Part shown: positions 12,570 to 24,959 of the stretch, in pieces | How positions within the stretch are numbered: position 1 is the stretch's first letter | Layout of the letters: the number at the start of each line of letters is the position of its first letter | Source: Rhina ancylostomus | Taxonomy: Eukaryota | Length of the DNA: 64,000 bases | NCBI GenBank assembly: GCA_030265395.1 | Contig: JARFYF010000001.1 | Span: forward strand, 35,989,176 to 36,053,175 | Direction: 5' to 3' | Program-made: the position numbers and the translations under genes | Notes under the pieces: model-generated | Databases searched by the model: none | What the model was told of the DNA's origin: nothing | The model's input: the letters and a program-made list of their open reading frames with translations, nothing else

Positions 12570-13545
12570 TGCTGTTAGAAAGTAATATCACATTTAGAAA
12601 GATTCAAGGTAATGAGGTAAAGTCAAGATAGCCTTCTGAAAGGGAGTTAATGTTTGACAAATTTATTGGAGTTCATTAAAGTAACAAGTGCTGTAGATAA
12701 AGGGGAACATGTGGATATATGAATTTTAAATTTCCAGAGGCATTTGATAAGATACCACATCAAAGGCTACTCTGTAAAATAAATGAAGATTGATATAGAT
12801 GGATATAAAATAAGTGGAGAAGATTGGCTGGCTAACAAGAACTGAAGGCAAAGATGGGTGCTTTACTGATTGGCAAGATGTAATGCATAGTGTACTCTAC
12901 TAATTGTTGCTGGGACCTCATTACAATTTCTATAAACACCTTGGATGAAATACCAAAAGTACAGTTACTACAATCACTGATAATTTCCTACCTATTGTTT
13001 TGTTTAATTGTGAAAAGAACATAAGGAGGTTGCAAGTAGATAGATTAAGAGAATAGCAAAGCTCTCACAAATGGANNNNNNNNNNNNNNNNNNNNNNNNN
13101 NNNNNNNNNNNNNNNNNNNNNNNNNNNNNNNNNNNNNNNNNNNNNNNNNNNNNNNNNNNNNNNNNNNNNNNNNNNATTATGATGAACTAAAATGCAAAAT
13201 TTTCTACGTTGGCAGGAAAAATTAAAAAGCACATTACCTAAACGGAGAACTCCGATGCAGGTGGATCTAGATGTCCTTGTGCAAGATTCGCAAAAACTTG
13301 TATACAAATACAACAAGCAATTAGTTTAAAATTAAGGGGGTCTCCATTTCAAACAGAGACAAGGGGATTTTTTTTTTGATTCAGGATGGTCAGGAATCTT
13401 TGGAACTCTCTTCCTCAAAGGATGGTAGAAGCAGTCTTCCAATATTTTATTTTAAGGCAGATGAAGACAGATTCTTGTGAAGCAAGGGGTTAAGAGGTTA
13501 ACGTGGATGGACTCCAATGCAGAATTGAGGTTACAATCAGATCAT
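12570..13545 (+). mobile_element. Decayed CR1 LINE 3' fragment
   Basis: CLTNLLEF, FQRAFDKIPHQRL, NLWNSLPQ; tail ttacaatcagatc..catg. Confidence 0.8.
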
Positions 13546-15567
13546 GGACAACCTCATATTTTCCCATTGGCCTTTCCATCTTTTTGCCCACTTCCTCAGC
13601 CTGTCTTTTTCCTTTTGCACATGCTATGTGTCCTTCTCACAACTTATTCTCCTACTTATCTTTGCATAATGAAAAAATCCAGGTAAAATACACTCTGTCC
13701 AAGTCATCAATGGTAAATACCCAAGGCTCAAGCAACAATCCCCACAAGATGAGCTCATTTATCACTACTCTGCTTTTGTTAGCTAACCAATCTTCCATTA
13801 TAAATATATTCCTCTTAATTCCATGAGCCCTTATTGTGAACGATAACCTTTTAAGTGACACTCTATTATGTGCCCTTTTAGAAATCCATCCAGTAGCTAC
13901 CCTTTATCTACCCTGCTTGCTATATCCTCAAAGGTCTTGAATAAAATGTCTAATACAACCTCATATCAAAAAACAATGCTAATTCTGCTTTAGAATTTAC
14001 ATATTAGAATTTTCCAAGTTTTCCAAGATTCTTAAATAATTGACTCTGGGTGGACTCCCAATACGTGACATTCGGTTTACTGGTCAACAGTTTCTTGCTT
14101 TCTCTTCCTTCTGTTCAGATTCTAGGGAATTTTGAAATATCAAAACCAATACAAGACACGTTATGGAATCTAGAATGCAAGGCATCACATCAGGAGGATT
14201 TGTCTGCTTTTAATCCCGTCAGTTTGCCCATTACTTTTTCTATAGCAATGCTGGGCACGATTGTGCCAATTCCAATCATCTGGCCAGAACTGCCATTGAA
14301 TGCCTCTGCCCATATGCACTCACTTGGGTTGGAATACGGAGGTTGATTTCACTGGCCTTATACACCCAGGAATTGGACCACAACATTTGGATGGCAAGAA
14401 TCATACCACAGAATCATTCATTGGACATAGCACAGAAAGCAGCCCTTCAGCTGAACAGGTCGGTGCCACTCTCTGCTGGAATAACTCTCCAGATTCATCC
14501 ACAGGCCCTTTCTTGATTACCTTGTAAGTTTTTCTCCACCATGTATTTAAACAGTTTCCTCTTGAAGGTCACAACTGAACTGCCTCCATCACATTCAGCA
14601 CATTCCATATTCCTTCCACATACTGCACAAATACTTTTCCTCTTAATGTTCTTTCACTTTATTGTATTGTATTCTTGTGTCCCAAAGGGAACAGCCTCCA
14701 CAATCTACTCTGTCCAGAATCTTCATCATTTTATATTCTTCCATCAAATCTCCTCTTAAGCTTCTCCTTGAAAACAAAACATTCCCAGCCTCTCTGATCT
14801 TTTCTTATAACTAGAGTCCCTCATCCCAGGAACCATTTTAATAAATATTTCCTGGATCGCCTCCAATGCCTTCACATTCTTCAACAACACAGCAACCAAA
14901 CTTGAACACAATACTAAACTAATGTTAATGTTTTTCCAAAGTTCAGCATAACCTCCCTGCTTTTATTTTCTCTGCCATTATTGATAAAGGCCAGATGGTA
15001 TACATCTTATGAACTACTTCCTCAACTTGTCCTGACACTTTCAATGATTCATGCACACATACCTTCTGCTCCTGCACTCCTTTTTGAACAGTATCGTTTA
15101 TTCTATATTGCCTCTCATTCTTAAAACCAAAATGCAACACTTTGCATTTCTAAGCATTACACTTCTGTCCATTCCACTACCTCGTTTATCCAACTGCAAT
15201 CTATCATCACCATCTTTGCAGTTCACCTGAATGCTGTTTTGTGTCATCCACAAGCTTGGAAACTGTAGCAAGCACCACCCACATCTACACAATTAATACA
15301 GATTGTAAAAACAATTGCCCAAACACTGATCCTGAGCGAGTGCCACTACATTCCCTCTGGACTATTACTTGGCCAACTTCTCATCCATGCTTTCTATGTC
15401 CTTTCGTGACGCATGCTTCAATTCTGCTGATAAACCTGTTCTGTGGCACCATAACAAAAGCCTCTGGAACTTCATGTACACCACATCAAATGCTATCAAA
15501 TCTATCTGTTGCCTCATCAAAATATTCTCTCAGTTTGTTTAAACACATTTTTCACTCAACAATTAGA

Positions 15568-16005
15568 GCATTCTGACTGGTTGTATCACAGCCTGGTATG
15601 GAGGCTCCAATGCACAGGATCACAAGAGGCTGCAGAGGGTTGTAGATCAGCCAGTTCCATCACAGGCACAATCCTCCCCGCTATCGAGGACATCTTCAAC
15701 AGGCAGTGCCTTAAGAAGGCAGCATCCTTCACTAAGGACCCTCACCATCCGCGACATGCCCTCTTCTCATTTCTACCATCGGGGAGGAGGTACAGGAGCC
15801 TGAAGACTCACACTCAACAATTTAGGAACAGCTTCTTCTCCTCCACCATCAGATTTCTGAACAGTCTATGAACATGATCTTTTTTTTTTGCACTGTTTAT
15901 TTATTTTGTAATTTATAGTAATTTTAATGTTTTTACACTGTATTACTACCGCAAAACAACAAATTTTATGACATACAAGTCAGTGATAATAAACCTGATT
16001 CTGAT
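15568..16005 (+). mobile_element. 5'-truncated Rex1-like LINE 3' end
   Basis: CLKKAASFTKDPHHPRHALFSFLPSGRRYRSLKTHTQQFRNSFF C-terminus; AATAAA plus (CTGATT)n tail. Confidence 0.85.
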
Positions 16006-16147
16006 TTCTCCATGCTGTCAGTTTTCTTAAATATCCCATGTCTTAACTATCTCTTCCCTCACTATTGCTATGGAAATAATGTTTTCCTGCAAAACGACAG
16101 ATGCAAAGTACTTATTTAGTGCCTCAAAGGTGCCCTCAGAATCTTTA

Positions 16148-16228
16148 TTTTAAATTTTATTTACAGTGTGGTAACAGGCCCTTCCGGCCCAACAAGTCCA
16201 CACCGCCCATTTTAAACCCCAAATTAAC
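16148..16228 (-). mobile_element. SINE fragment running into a gap
   Basis: ttttatttacagtgtggtaacaggcccttccggcccaacaagtcc resembles the reverse of a V-SINE-like body and tail. Confidence 0.55.
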
Positions 16229-16339
16229 NNNNNNNNNNNNNNNNNNNNNNNNNNNNNNNNNNNNNNNNNNNNNNNNNNNNNNNNNNNNNNNNNNNNNNNN
16301 NNNNNNNNNNNNNNNNNNNNNNNNNNNNTCGAATCCACA

Positions 16340-16734
16340 GGTTCTTTCAGGAGTCCAGGAATGAGTTGAAAACAACTTGGTGCTTCGCAAAGTTTTATTG
16401 GGAAAGGTTAAAACAAAGAAACAGTCACATAGCACATGGCACTAGCTTTGATAAGCTGAGACAAAGGGAACAATAGGCAAGCTCAGGCCAGGGGGAAGGA
16501 AGAGCCAGAGAGAGATTAACAAAAGGCGACACCTTTTATACCCAAGATAAGAGATGCTCCTTACCTAACAATAGTCCAATCAGGAAACTATTAGATGCTT
16601 GTGGCCAAACCAACCAATGAAAATACCACATATTCACCTGATGGACGAACCAATAAGCTAGTAAGTGGCCATTCCTTGTGCAGCCACTCAAGGTGTCTTA
16701 AACACTATGCATGTTAAAAAACTAATTAAGAACA
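16340..16734 (-). mobile_element. Putative solo LTR
   Basis: Terminal inverted gttctt/aagaac with TG start on minus; several CCAAT boxes (16576-16655), TATAAAAG (16540-16533), then AATAAA (16399-16394), in U3-R-U5 order. Confidence 0.6.
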
Positions 16735-17304
16735 GTCGAATCCAACACTCGTGATCAGCCTAGTTCACACTGGTATTTACAATCCAATACCCATCTATGC
16801 AGCCTTTTTTTCATACTTTATCATCCTCATTATTTCTTTTGTCATTCTGAGTACTCTGCATTTTGTTCTCCTTCTTTTGTTTCTCATGAGAATATGCCTC
16901 AAATGTACCTGAACTATCTCTTCCTCAATCACAGCTTGTTGTTCTACAACAGATTTCTGTCTGTCGACAATTGCTTCCAATTTATCAATGGACCACATCC
17001 AGTCTCATTTAATTGAAAATGGCCTCCTCCTTTTGTTTTACTTTGGATTGCTCCTTCTCCTTTACTCTACCTAACCTGAATTTCATAATGTTATGATCAC
17101 CATCTCCTAAATGTCTCCCTATCAAAACTTGGTGCACTTGACCTACCTCATTCCCCAGAACTAGATCCTATTATACTCCTTCCTTGGTGGACCAGAAACA
17201 TAATACTCTGGAAAATTATCCTGGACACATTTTACAAATCATTCATTCTTTCTGGTCTTAACACTAGTACTACCTCACTTTTAAATTGGGAGAATGAAAG
17301 TCCT

Positions 17305-20300
17305 AGCGAGTGGATGTTGTTGAGAAGACTTAAAAGGAGCTGAGCTATAGCGGAGCAGCCATTTTGCAGTGGCCATTGTGAGAGTGGCTGATGTTGAGGT
17401 CAAAATGCTGTGTTTGAGGTGCAAATGTAAGTGGCTTTATCTCGAGAGGCTTTGGCAAGGAGACAGAGCAGTGATTTTGAGATGGCAATCGTATGCTCCT
17501 TCTGCAACATGTGGAAGATGAGGGAAACTTCCAGTCTCCCTGGTGACTATACCTGTGGGAAGTGTGTCCAGCTGCAGCTCCTGACTGACTGCATTGAGCA
17601 TCTGGACCTGCGGTTGGACCCACTCAGGAGCATTCATGATGCTGAGAGCATCACACACAAGAGCTTTAGTAGTGAGGTGGTCACACCTAATAGGCAGGCA
17701 GCAGGTAGTTGGGTGACCACCAGGAGAGGTAGAGGGTGCAGTATTCCCCTGTAGCCATTCTCCTCACTAACAAGTATATCATTTTGGATATTGTTTGGGA
17801 TGGGGTGGGGGGCAAATATGCCCTTTCAAAGGAGAGCAGCAGCAGTAGCCAGGCCTGTGGCACAACAACTAGCTCTGATGCACAGGAGAGGGTGGAGACA
17901 AGTAGAGGTTTAGTGATAGAGGTGACTGATAGTGAGGGGGATAGATATGAGATTCTGTCGCTGCGAGCAAGACTCCAGGATAGTATGTTGCCTCCTAGGC
18001 ACCAGAGTCAAGAATGTCTGAGTGATTGCAGAACGTTCTCAAGCGGGACTGTGAGTACATATTGGTACCTATGACATAGGTAGAAAGAGAGATGAGGTCC
18101 TACAGTGTGAATATAGGGAATTAGGCAGAAGGTTGAAAGACAAATCCTCAAGGGTTGTAATCTTGGAATTACTCCTGGTGCAACACACAGTGAGTGTAGG
18201 AATGGGAGTTTCAGCAGATGAATGTGTGGCTGAGAAGCTGGTGCAGGAGGAAAGGATTCAGGTTTCTGGACCATTGGGATCTCTTCTGGGGCATAGGAGA
18301 CCTGTACAAAAGGGATAGGTTGCCCTCACACTGGTGGCGGAACCAATTGACTGGTGGGGAGATTCGCTGGAGCTACTTTGAAGGGTTAAGACTCATCCGG
18401 CAGGGTGGTGGGAACCAAAGTAGCGGGGTGGCAGATGAGCGAGTTGAGGCAAATGTAGAAGTTAAAGCAAGTTCAATAGGCAGGACAAGGTTGTGAAGAA
18501 GGTCTGAAAGACAAACCTGCATTTATTTTAATGCAAGAAGCCTGACAGGCAAAGCAGATAAACTCAGGGCACGGGACTGGGATTTTCCAGCTATTACAGA
18601 AACAGGGTTGAAGGATGGGCAAGACTGGCAGTTCATCGACCCGGGATACAGATGCTGCAGGCGTGATACAGGTGGAGTCAAGAGAAGAAGGGCAGTCATG
18701 TTTTTGATTAGGGAGAACATAATGGGAATACTTAGAGAGGGCATTACTGGGGGATCGTCCAATGAGACCATATGGGTGGTACTCAGAAATAAGGACATAA
18801 TCAGCTTGATATGATTGTACTAGAGGCCTCCCAACAGTCAGGGGGAATTAAAGAAGCAAATCTGTAGGGAAGTTGTAGATAGCTTTAAGAATAATAGGGT
18901 TGTAATAATAGGTGATTTTAACTTCCCTAATTTCAACTGGAACTGCCATAGTGCTAAGGGCTTGGATGGGGCAGAATTTGTTATGCGTGTCCTGGAAAGT
19001 TCTGTCATAAAATATGTAGATGTCCTACTAGAGAGGGGGCAACATTTGACCTCCGATTGGGAAATGAGGTAGGGCAAGTGACTGAAGTGTCATTGGGGGA
19101 GCACTTTGGGACCAGTGACCATGGTTCTATTAGTTTTAAAACAGTTAATGAAAAAGATAGGACTGGTCCACAAGTTAAAAAGTCCTAAACTGGGACAAGG
19201 CAAATTTTGACAGCATTAGACAGGAACTTTCAGAAGTTGATTCAGAAAATCTGTTTGCAGGGAAAGGGATGTCGAGCAAGTGGGAGGCTTTTAAAAGTTA
19301 GATAGGGAGAGTTAAGGGTCTGTTAGAGTGAAGGGCAAGGATGATTAGGGAACCCTAGTTGATGTAGAGGCTCTGGTCAGGAAAAAAAAGGAATGTGTCA
19401 GGTATAGGCAGCTGGGATCAAGTGAATCCCTTGAGGAGTATGAGGGATGCAGGAGTAAACTTAAGAGGGAAATCAGGAAGGCAAAATGAGAACATGACAT
19501 AGATTTGGCAGATAAGGAAAATGAGGATCCCAAGAGATTCTACAAGCACATTAATAGCAAAAGGTTAACTAGGGAGGGAATAGGACCCCTGAAGGATCCA
19601 AGTGGTTATCTATGTGTGGAGCTACAGGAGATGCACAAGATTTTAAACGAGTACTTCATATCTATATTTACCATGGAGCTCACGGTAGTTAGGGAATTCA
19701 CGAAAGAAAATCGTGATGTCTTGAAACATATCCATATTACAAAAAAGTGCTGGTGGTTTTAAAGCATATATTGGTGGATAAATTCCCAGGGCCTGACCAG
19801 TTGTACCCTAGGATATTGTGGGAAGCAAGGGAAGAAATTGCTGGGGCCCCGGTAGAAATAATTGTAACACGATTAGCCCTGGGTGAGGTACCGGAAAACT
19901 AAAGGGTGGCTAATATTTTGTCTTTATTTAAGAACAGCTGAAAGAACAAGCCAAGGAACTACAGTCCGGTAAGCTTTATATCAGTGGTGGTAAAGTTACT
20001 GGAGAGGATTCTGAGAGGCAGGATCTACCTGCATTTGGAAAGGCAAGGACTGATTAATGATAGCAAGGCTTTGATTGTAGGAAACTCTCATGTATTTGAC
20101 TGAGTTTTTTTTATTGAAGAGGTGACCAAAAGGATTGAATGGCAGGGTGGTAGACATCATCCACATTGACTTTAGCAAGGTCTTTGACAAGGTCCTGCAT
20201 GTCAGGCTGGTTTGAAAGGTTAGATCATATGGAATCTAGGATGAAGTCATCTATTGGATACAAAATTGGCTTGGTGAAAGAAGTCAGAGGGTGGTCATGG

Positions 20301-21310
20301 AGAGATTTTTTTTGCACATTGAGGCCTGTGACCTGTAGTGTTTGGCATATACAGTAAATTAACAATTTGGATGAGAATGTAGGTAGCATGGTAAGTAAAT
20401 TTGCAGATGACACCAAAATTAGTGGTATTATGGACAGTGAAGAAGGTTATCTAAGATTACAACAAGATCTAGATGAACTGGGAAAGTGAGCCAAGGAATG
20501 GCAGATGAAATTTAACTTTGACAAGTGCAAAGTGTTTCATTTTGATTAGTTAAACCAGGGCAGGACATGCACAGTAAGTGGCTGGCTCCTAGAGAGTACT
20601 GTACAACAGAGAGATTTAGGGATACAAGTACATAGTTCCCTGAAAGTGGCGAAACAGGTAGACAGGGTGGTGCAGAAGATGTTAGGCATGCTTGCCTTCA
20701 TCAGTCAGGGCACTGAGTAAAAGAGTTAAGGCATTATGTTACAGCTATACAAGATGTTGGCAAGACCACACTTGGGAGTATTGTGTGTCGTTCTGGTCAA
20801 CTAGCTATAGGAAGGATGTTATTAAGCTGGAAAGGTCACAGGAAAGATTCACAAAGATGTTACTGACACTGGAGGGCTCGAGCTAATAAGGAGAGACTAG
20901 ATAGGCTGGGGCTTTTATCCGTGGAGCATCGGAGGCTGAAGGTTGACCTTATACAGAACCAAAAGAGGCATAGATAAGGTGAATGATCAGACTTTTTCCT
21001 CAGGGTAGGAGCCTAAAACTCAAGGGCATAGATTTAATGTGAAAGGGGAAAAGATTAAAAAGGGACCTGGGGCAAGTTTTTCCACACAGAGGGCAGTGGG
21101 TATATGGAATGAGCTGCCAGAGGAAGTGGTAGAGGTGGGTACAATTACAACGTTTAAAAACATTGAGACAGGTATATGGATAGAGAAGGTTTGGGGGATA
21201 AGGGCCAAATACAGGCAAATAGGGCTAGCTCAGGTAGGTAACTTGGTCAGAATGGACGAGAGGCCAAAAGGGCCTGTTTCTGTCCTGTATAACTCTATGA
21301 CTCTAAGACT
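17305..21310 (+). mobile_element. Near full-length decayed CR1 LINE
   Basis: ORF1 remnants (CSFCNMW...YTCGKC zinc motif; esterase-like MNVWLRSWCRRKGFRFLDHWDLFW); ORF2 endonuclease (VIIGDFNFP) and RT (DFSKVFDKV, SKFADDTK); FSTQRAVGIWNELP near the end; (CTCTATGA)-type tail at ~21293-21310. Many stops and frameshifts. Confidence 0.93.
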
Positions 21311-21700
21311 CCATTATAACTACCTGTACTTTTTGCACTTCTCTAAGTTTCCTGCATGTTTGCCCCACCATATTTCTCCCACTCCTCAGCCTAAAGAATA
21401 TACTCAGGAGTGTATTGCTCCCTCTACTGTTTGTTAGAACTAAATAAATAAATTGTCTTTGACCTCTGCTAAATCCTTTCTTCCCTGCACTGTGATACTC
21501 TCATTTACCAAAACTGCTATCCCTTCTGCTTGCTTTCCTTCCCTACCTTTCCAGAACACCTTGTATCCAGGAACATTTAATGCTCAGTCCTGACCCTTTT
21601 TGAAAGACATTTCAGTTACTGGCACATCATCTTCCCACACAGCTATCTGTGTCTTCACCAATATACCACACTCTATGCAATCAAGTACATGCATAAACCA
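21311..21700 (-). mobile_element. 5' continuation (endonuclease region) of the old CR1 at 14410-17304
   Basis: Minus strand ends ...gtagttataatgg (VVIMG), which rejoins ggactttc (DF) at ~17303. Confidence 0.7.
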
Positions 21701-21731
21701 AATTTAGTTGTTATTTCATTTCCATTTTCAA

Positions 21732-21885
21732 TTAGATGAAAAACACTATGATGCTGGAGGAACTCAGCAGGCCAGGCAGCATCTGTGGACAAAAGCTGGC
21801 AGTCAACGTTTCAGGTCAGGATCCTTCTTCAGGACTGAAGATAGGAAAAGGGGAGGCCCAATAGATAGGAGAGAAAAGCAGAGCA
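21732..21885 (-). mobile_element. Penelope-derived terminal-repeat fragment carrying the intact hammerhead
   Basis: Reverse complement of the repeat at 24695-24855. Confidence 0.85.
21800..21837 (-). ncRNA. Minimal type I hammerhead ribozyme motif in a Penelope-derived repeat
   Basis: Minus strand reads CAGUC-CUGAAGA-AGG(AUCCUGA)CCU-GAAAC-GUU-GACUG: 5-bp helix I, intact CUGANGA and GAAA boxes, helix II, palindromic ACGU helix III, GUU cleavage triplet. Confidence 0.75.
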
Positions 21886-21974
21886 ATAAGCTCCAGCAAA
21901 ATTCTTGCATTTATTTTATCTAATGTGAACTGTTCTCATTTCCTTTTGCTTATTTCCCTTTATCTTATTACTTT

Positions 21975-22210
21975 CTATAATGAGCCTGCTCATTACTGTC
22001 TGCCAGCCATTTTCCCTGTGCTTGCTCACACTTGAACTGCAGCATGACCACCTCTCTAAACGTGACACCCACCAAGTTCTCAGCCTTGTGGATGTGCGAT
22101 AATGACTCCAGCTGTTGCTTCAACTCTGAAACCCAGAGGTAAATTTCTTGCAGCTGGAGATATTTCATGTAATGTGGCCTCCAGAAGCGTCCACAAGAAC
22201 CCACAAAGAT
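21975..22210 (-). mobile_element. CR1 ORF1 fragment
   Basis: KYLQLQEIYLWVSELKQQLESLSHIHKAE..TFREVV parallels ORF1 of the CR1 at 17431-17754. Confidence 0.6.
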
Positions 22211-23709
22211 ACATTCCCTTCAGACGAGCTGCCCTGCCATTCCTTAACTTCACAGACTGTAATTTGTGAAGCAGAAATTAGACAATAGAAATTATTCACC
22301 AGGCACTCAATCAGCTTGCTGCACTTAGCCACATCATACTTTCAAACTACTACAGGTCCCACTCTCTGCTAACGTCTTGGAACCTTTGTTCTGTTGATGA
22401 GAACTTGGTGGACAGCAAGTTTAGAAAGGTGATCACTCTGCATCTTAAGCATCCTCAGGTGGCATAGTCCTGAAGTACAACCTGGAACATTCCTAACAGA
22501 AAGTAAAGACAGTGCAGAGCTTTGCTTTGGTCAAAGAGGCAAAGCAGTTTAATAGTTTTTAAATGTTTCAAACATTGATATTTAAAACTATTAAAATGTG
22601 TTATTAGAAACTGAAGATTTTGTAAAAGAAAAGATTCAAACACTCAACAATTATTAAAAATAGTGAATGAAATTAAAATAACAATTTCACATATTCTGCA
22701 GGATGAGGATCCTCACTCTTATCAACGGGGTCACTGATTCTATGACAACAGATCTAATGTGGCATTGGATTGGAGAAATGATTCCCCATCATAACATGGA
22801 GAGTCTGAGCAAGACTGAGCCCTGCACCTTGACTCCACGTGGAGTCCAGTGATGCAAGGTATTACAAACTTGGCAAGATATTTCACCAGTGTAGCAGCAG
22901 GTCCATTTAAGTCCAAGATCTATTTCTATATGAATGGCTGAATGCCAATGGTTTCTTTCAGAATCATCTGTCACAACCAAGCAGATTTGGCTCAATTATT
23001 GTTGTAAGTTCCTCCCTCCTTTCTGTGTGACCTAAGGGGCATGACTGCCTCCTGGATCATTTGTTCAGTTAACTACCTAATACTTGCCTGCTTTCCCTCA
23101 TCTATCATCATGACTCCAACTCAGACTGAAGCTCAACAACTTTAAGTTCCTCAGAACAAAGACACTTACTGAAAAATTAATTGCTGGGGATCTCACTGAT
23201 CTCCATCAACTCCCACATCTTGCAGCTTTAAAACTTCACCTCCCCTGCTGTCTCAATAAAATTTTGATTTATATTTTAAACTCATTTGGGCTAATTATTA
23301 ATCTTACTTGTTTTTTTTTGAAAACAATAGGATGTATATTAAAAATTAAATGGTCTGAACTTGAATTACCAGTCTTTTCTGAGCTTTAAATTAAAAGTCA
23401 AATATGTTGTCTTAAGCTAATATGAACAGGTATTGTAAGTATTGGACACAGGACAAGAGCATCTCTTCCCCTCTGCACCTACTTCCCATGATCACATTTC
23501 CGTTCTTTTGCACTCTGTTGCTCCTTGGTAGCTGTGTTGTCTGACAGCTCCAAACAACTTTCAGGCACCAAGGTGAGCATTGGTCAATGAATTAACAACA
23601 TAGCAGGCATTCTTCCACCCATTCCAATAGCTGTCCAATCATTTCCAGAGTGCTGCATCTCATCATTCTCACTCCTCTGACAACAAGAGAAGACAGTACA
23701 AGATGAACA

Positions 23710-24883
23710 GCTGAAAAACACTACGATGCTGGAAGTACTCAGCAGGCCAGGCAGCATCCGTGGAGAAAAGNNNNNNNNNNNNNNNNNNNNNNNNNNNNNN
23801 NNNNNNNNNNNNNNNNNNNNNNNNNNNNNNNNNNNNNNNNNNNNNNNNNNNNNNNNNNNNNNNNNNNNNNGTTGTCAATGGGTTTGTAGAAGACGTCGGT
23901 GGATAAGGAATCTACTGAGATGGAGATGGAAAGATTGAGGAAGGAGAGAGTGGTGTCAGAGATAGTACAAGTGAACTGGAAAGCTGGGTGAAAATTTATG
24001 GTGAAATTTATGAAACTGTTGAGTTCCACATGGGTACAAGAGGTGGCACCAATGCAGTCGTTGATATAGCAGAGAAAGGTGTTGAGGAATGGGGCCAGAG
24101 CGGGCTTGGAACAGAGACTGAACATAGCCAACGAAGAGGCAGGCATAGCTGGGACCCATAGCTATGCCCTTGGTCCTTAGAAAGTGAGAGGAATTGAAAG
24201 TGAAGTTGTTTAGGGCGAGGATAAGTTCAGGCAGGCAGAGGAGAGTGAAGGAACCTGGTTCTGTCGCTGGTCAAGAAAGAAGCAGAGGGCTGTGAGGCCG
24301 TCATGATGAGGAATGGAGGTATATGGGGAATGGAGGTATATAGGGACTGGACATCCATGGTGAAGATGAAGTTGTGTGTACTGGAGAACTTAAAGCTATG
24401 GAAGAGTTGGGGAACATATGATGTGTCAGGGACGTAGGTGAGTAGGGATTGGACTGGGGGGGGGGCAGATGGAACAGGATGGTGTCCAGGTATGAGGTCC
24501 ATGGGGCAAGAGCACGTGGAGACAACAGGTCTGCTGGGACAGTCCATCTTGTGGATTTTGGGGAGGAGATAGAAGCGGGCAGTCCTTGGTTGTGAGACTA
24601 TCATATTGGCAGCTGCAGAGAGGGCAGGGGTGGGGAGATCTCCTGAGGTGATGAGGTCAGTGATGGTGCAGGAGATCACTGCTATTTTGCCCACCTATCA
24701 CTGCTCTGCTTTTCCCTTCTATATATCGGGTTTCCCTTTTTTCTATCTTCAGTCCTGAAGAAGTCCTGACCTGAAACATTGACCGCCTGCTTTTCTCCAC
24801 TGGTGCTGCCTAACCTGCTGAGTTCCTCCAGCATCATAGTGTTTTTTATCTAGATTCCAGCATCTGCAGCCCTTTGTTTCACT
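23710..24883 (-). mobile_element. Penelope-like element fragment with inverted terminal repeats
   Basis: RT motifs PRTARFYLLPKIHK...RPVVS, FTMDVQSLYTSIPH, MGPSYACLFVGY; inverted aaaaacac.acgatgctgg..ctcagcagg arms; candidate TSD agatgaaca at 23701-23709 and 24884-24892. Confidence 0.88.
24750..24785 (+). ncRNA. Minimal hammerhead motif, slightly degenerate, in a Penelope terminal repeat
   Basis: CAGUC-CUGAAGA-AGUCCUGACCU-GAAAC-AUU-GACCG; core boxes intact, but helix III reads ACAU and helix I has one mismatch. Confidence 0.55.
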
Positions 24884-24959
24884 AGATGAACAAGTCCTTG
24901 TAACCCACCATCACTGTGGACCTGCAGATGTTACAGCATTGTCCTTTCAACCTACTTCC

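Larger units (their letters stand above)
14410..17304 (-). mobile_element. Old CR1 LINE, 3' part, interrupted by several younger insertions
   Basis: Minus-strand ORF2 remnants (KCCILHFGFKN, VHESLKVSGQVEEVV, GDH/GDF endonuclease segments); the element continues at 21311-21700. Confidence 0.75.

Noticed and set aside
16795-16998. Coiled-coil-looking ORF on the TANK strand
   Set aside because: Lies in the old CR1 ORF2 remnant and lacks convincing splice sites.
17305-21310. Potentially active LINE
   Set aside because: Both ORFs carry numerous stops and frameshifts.
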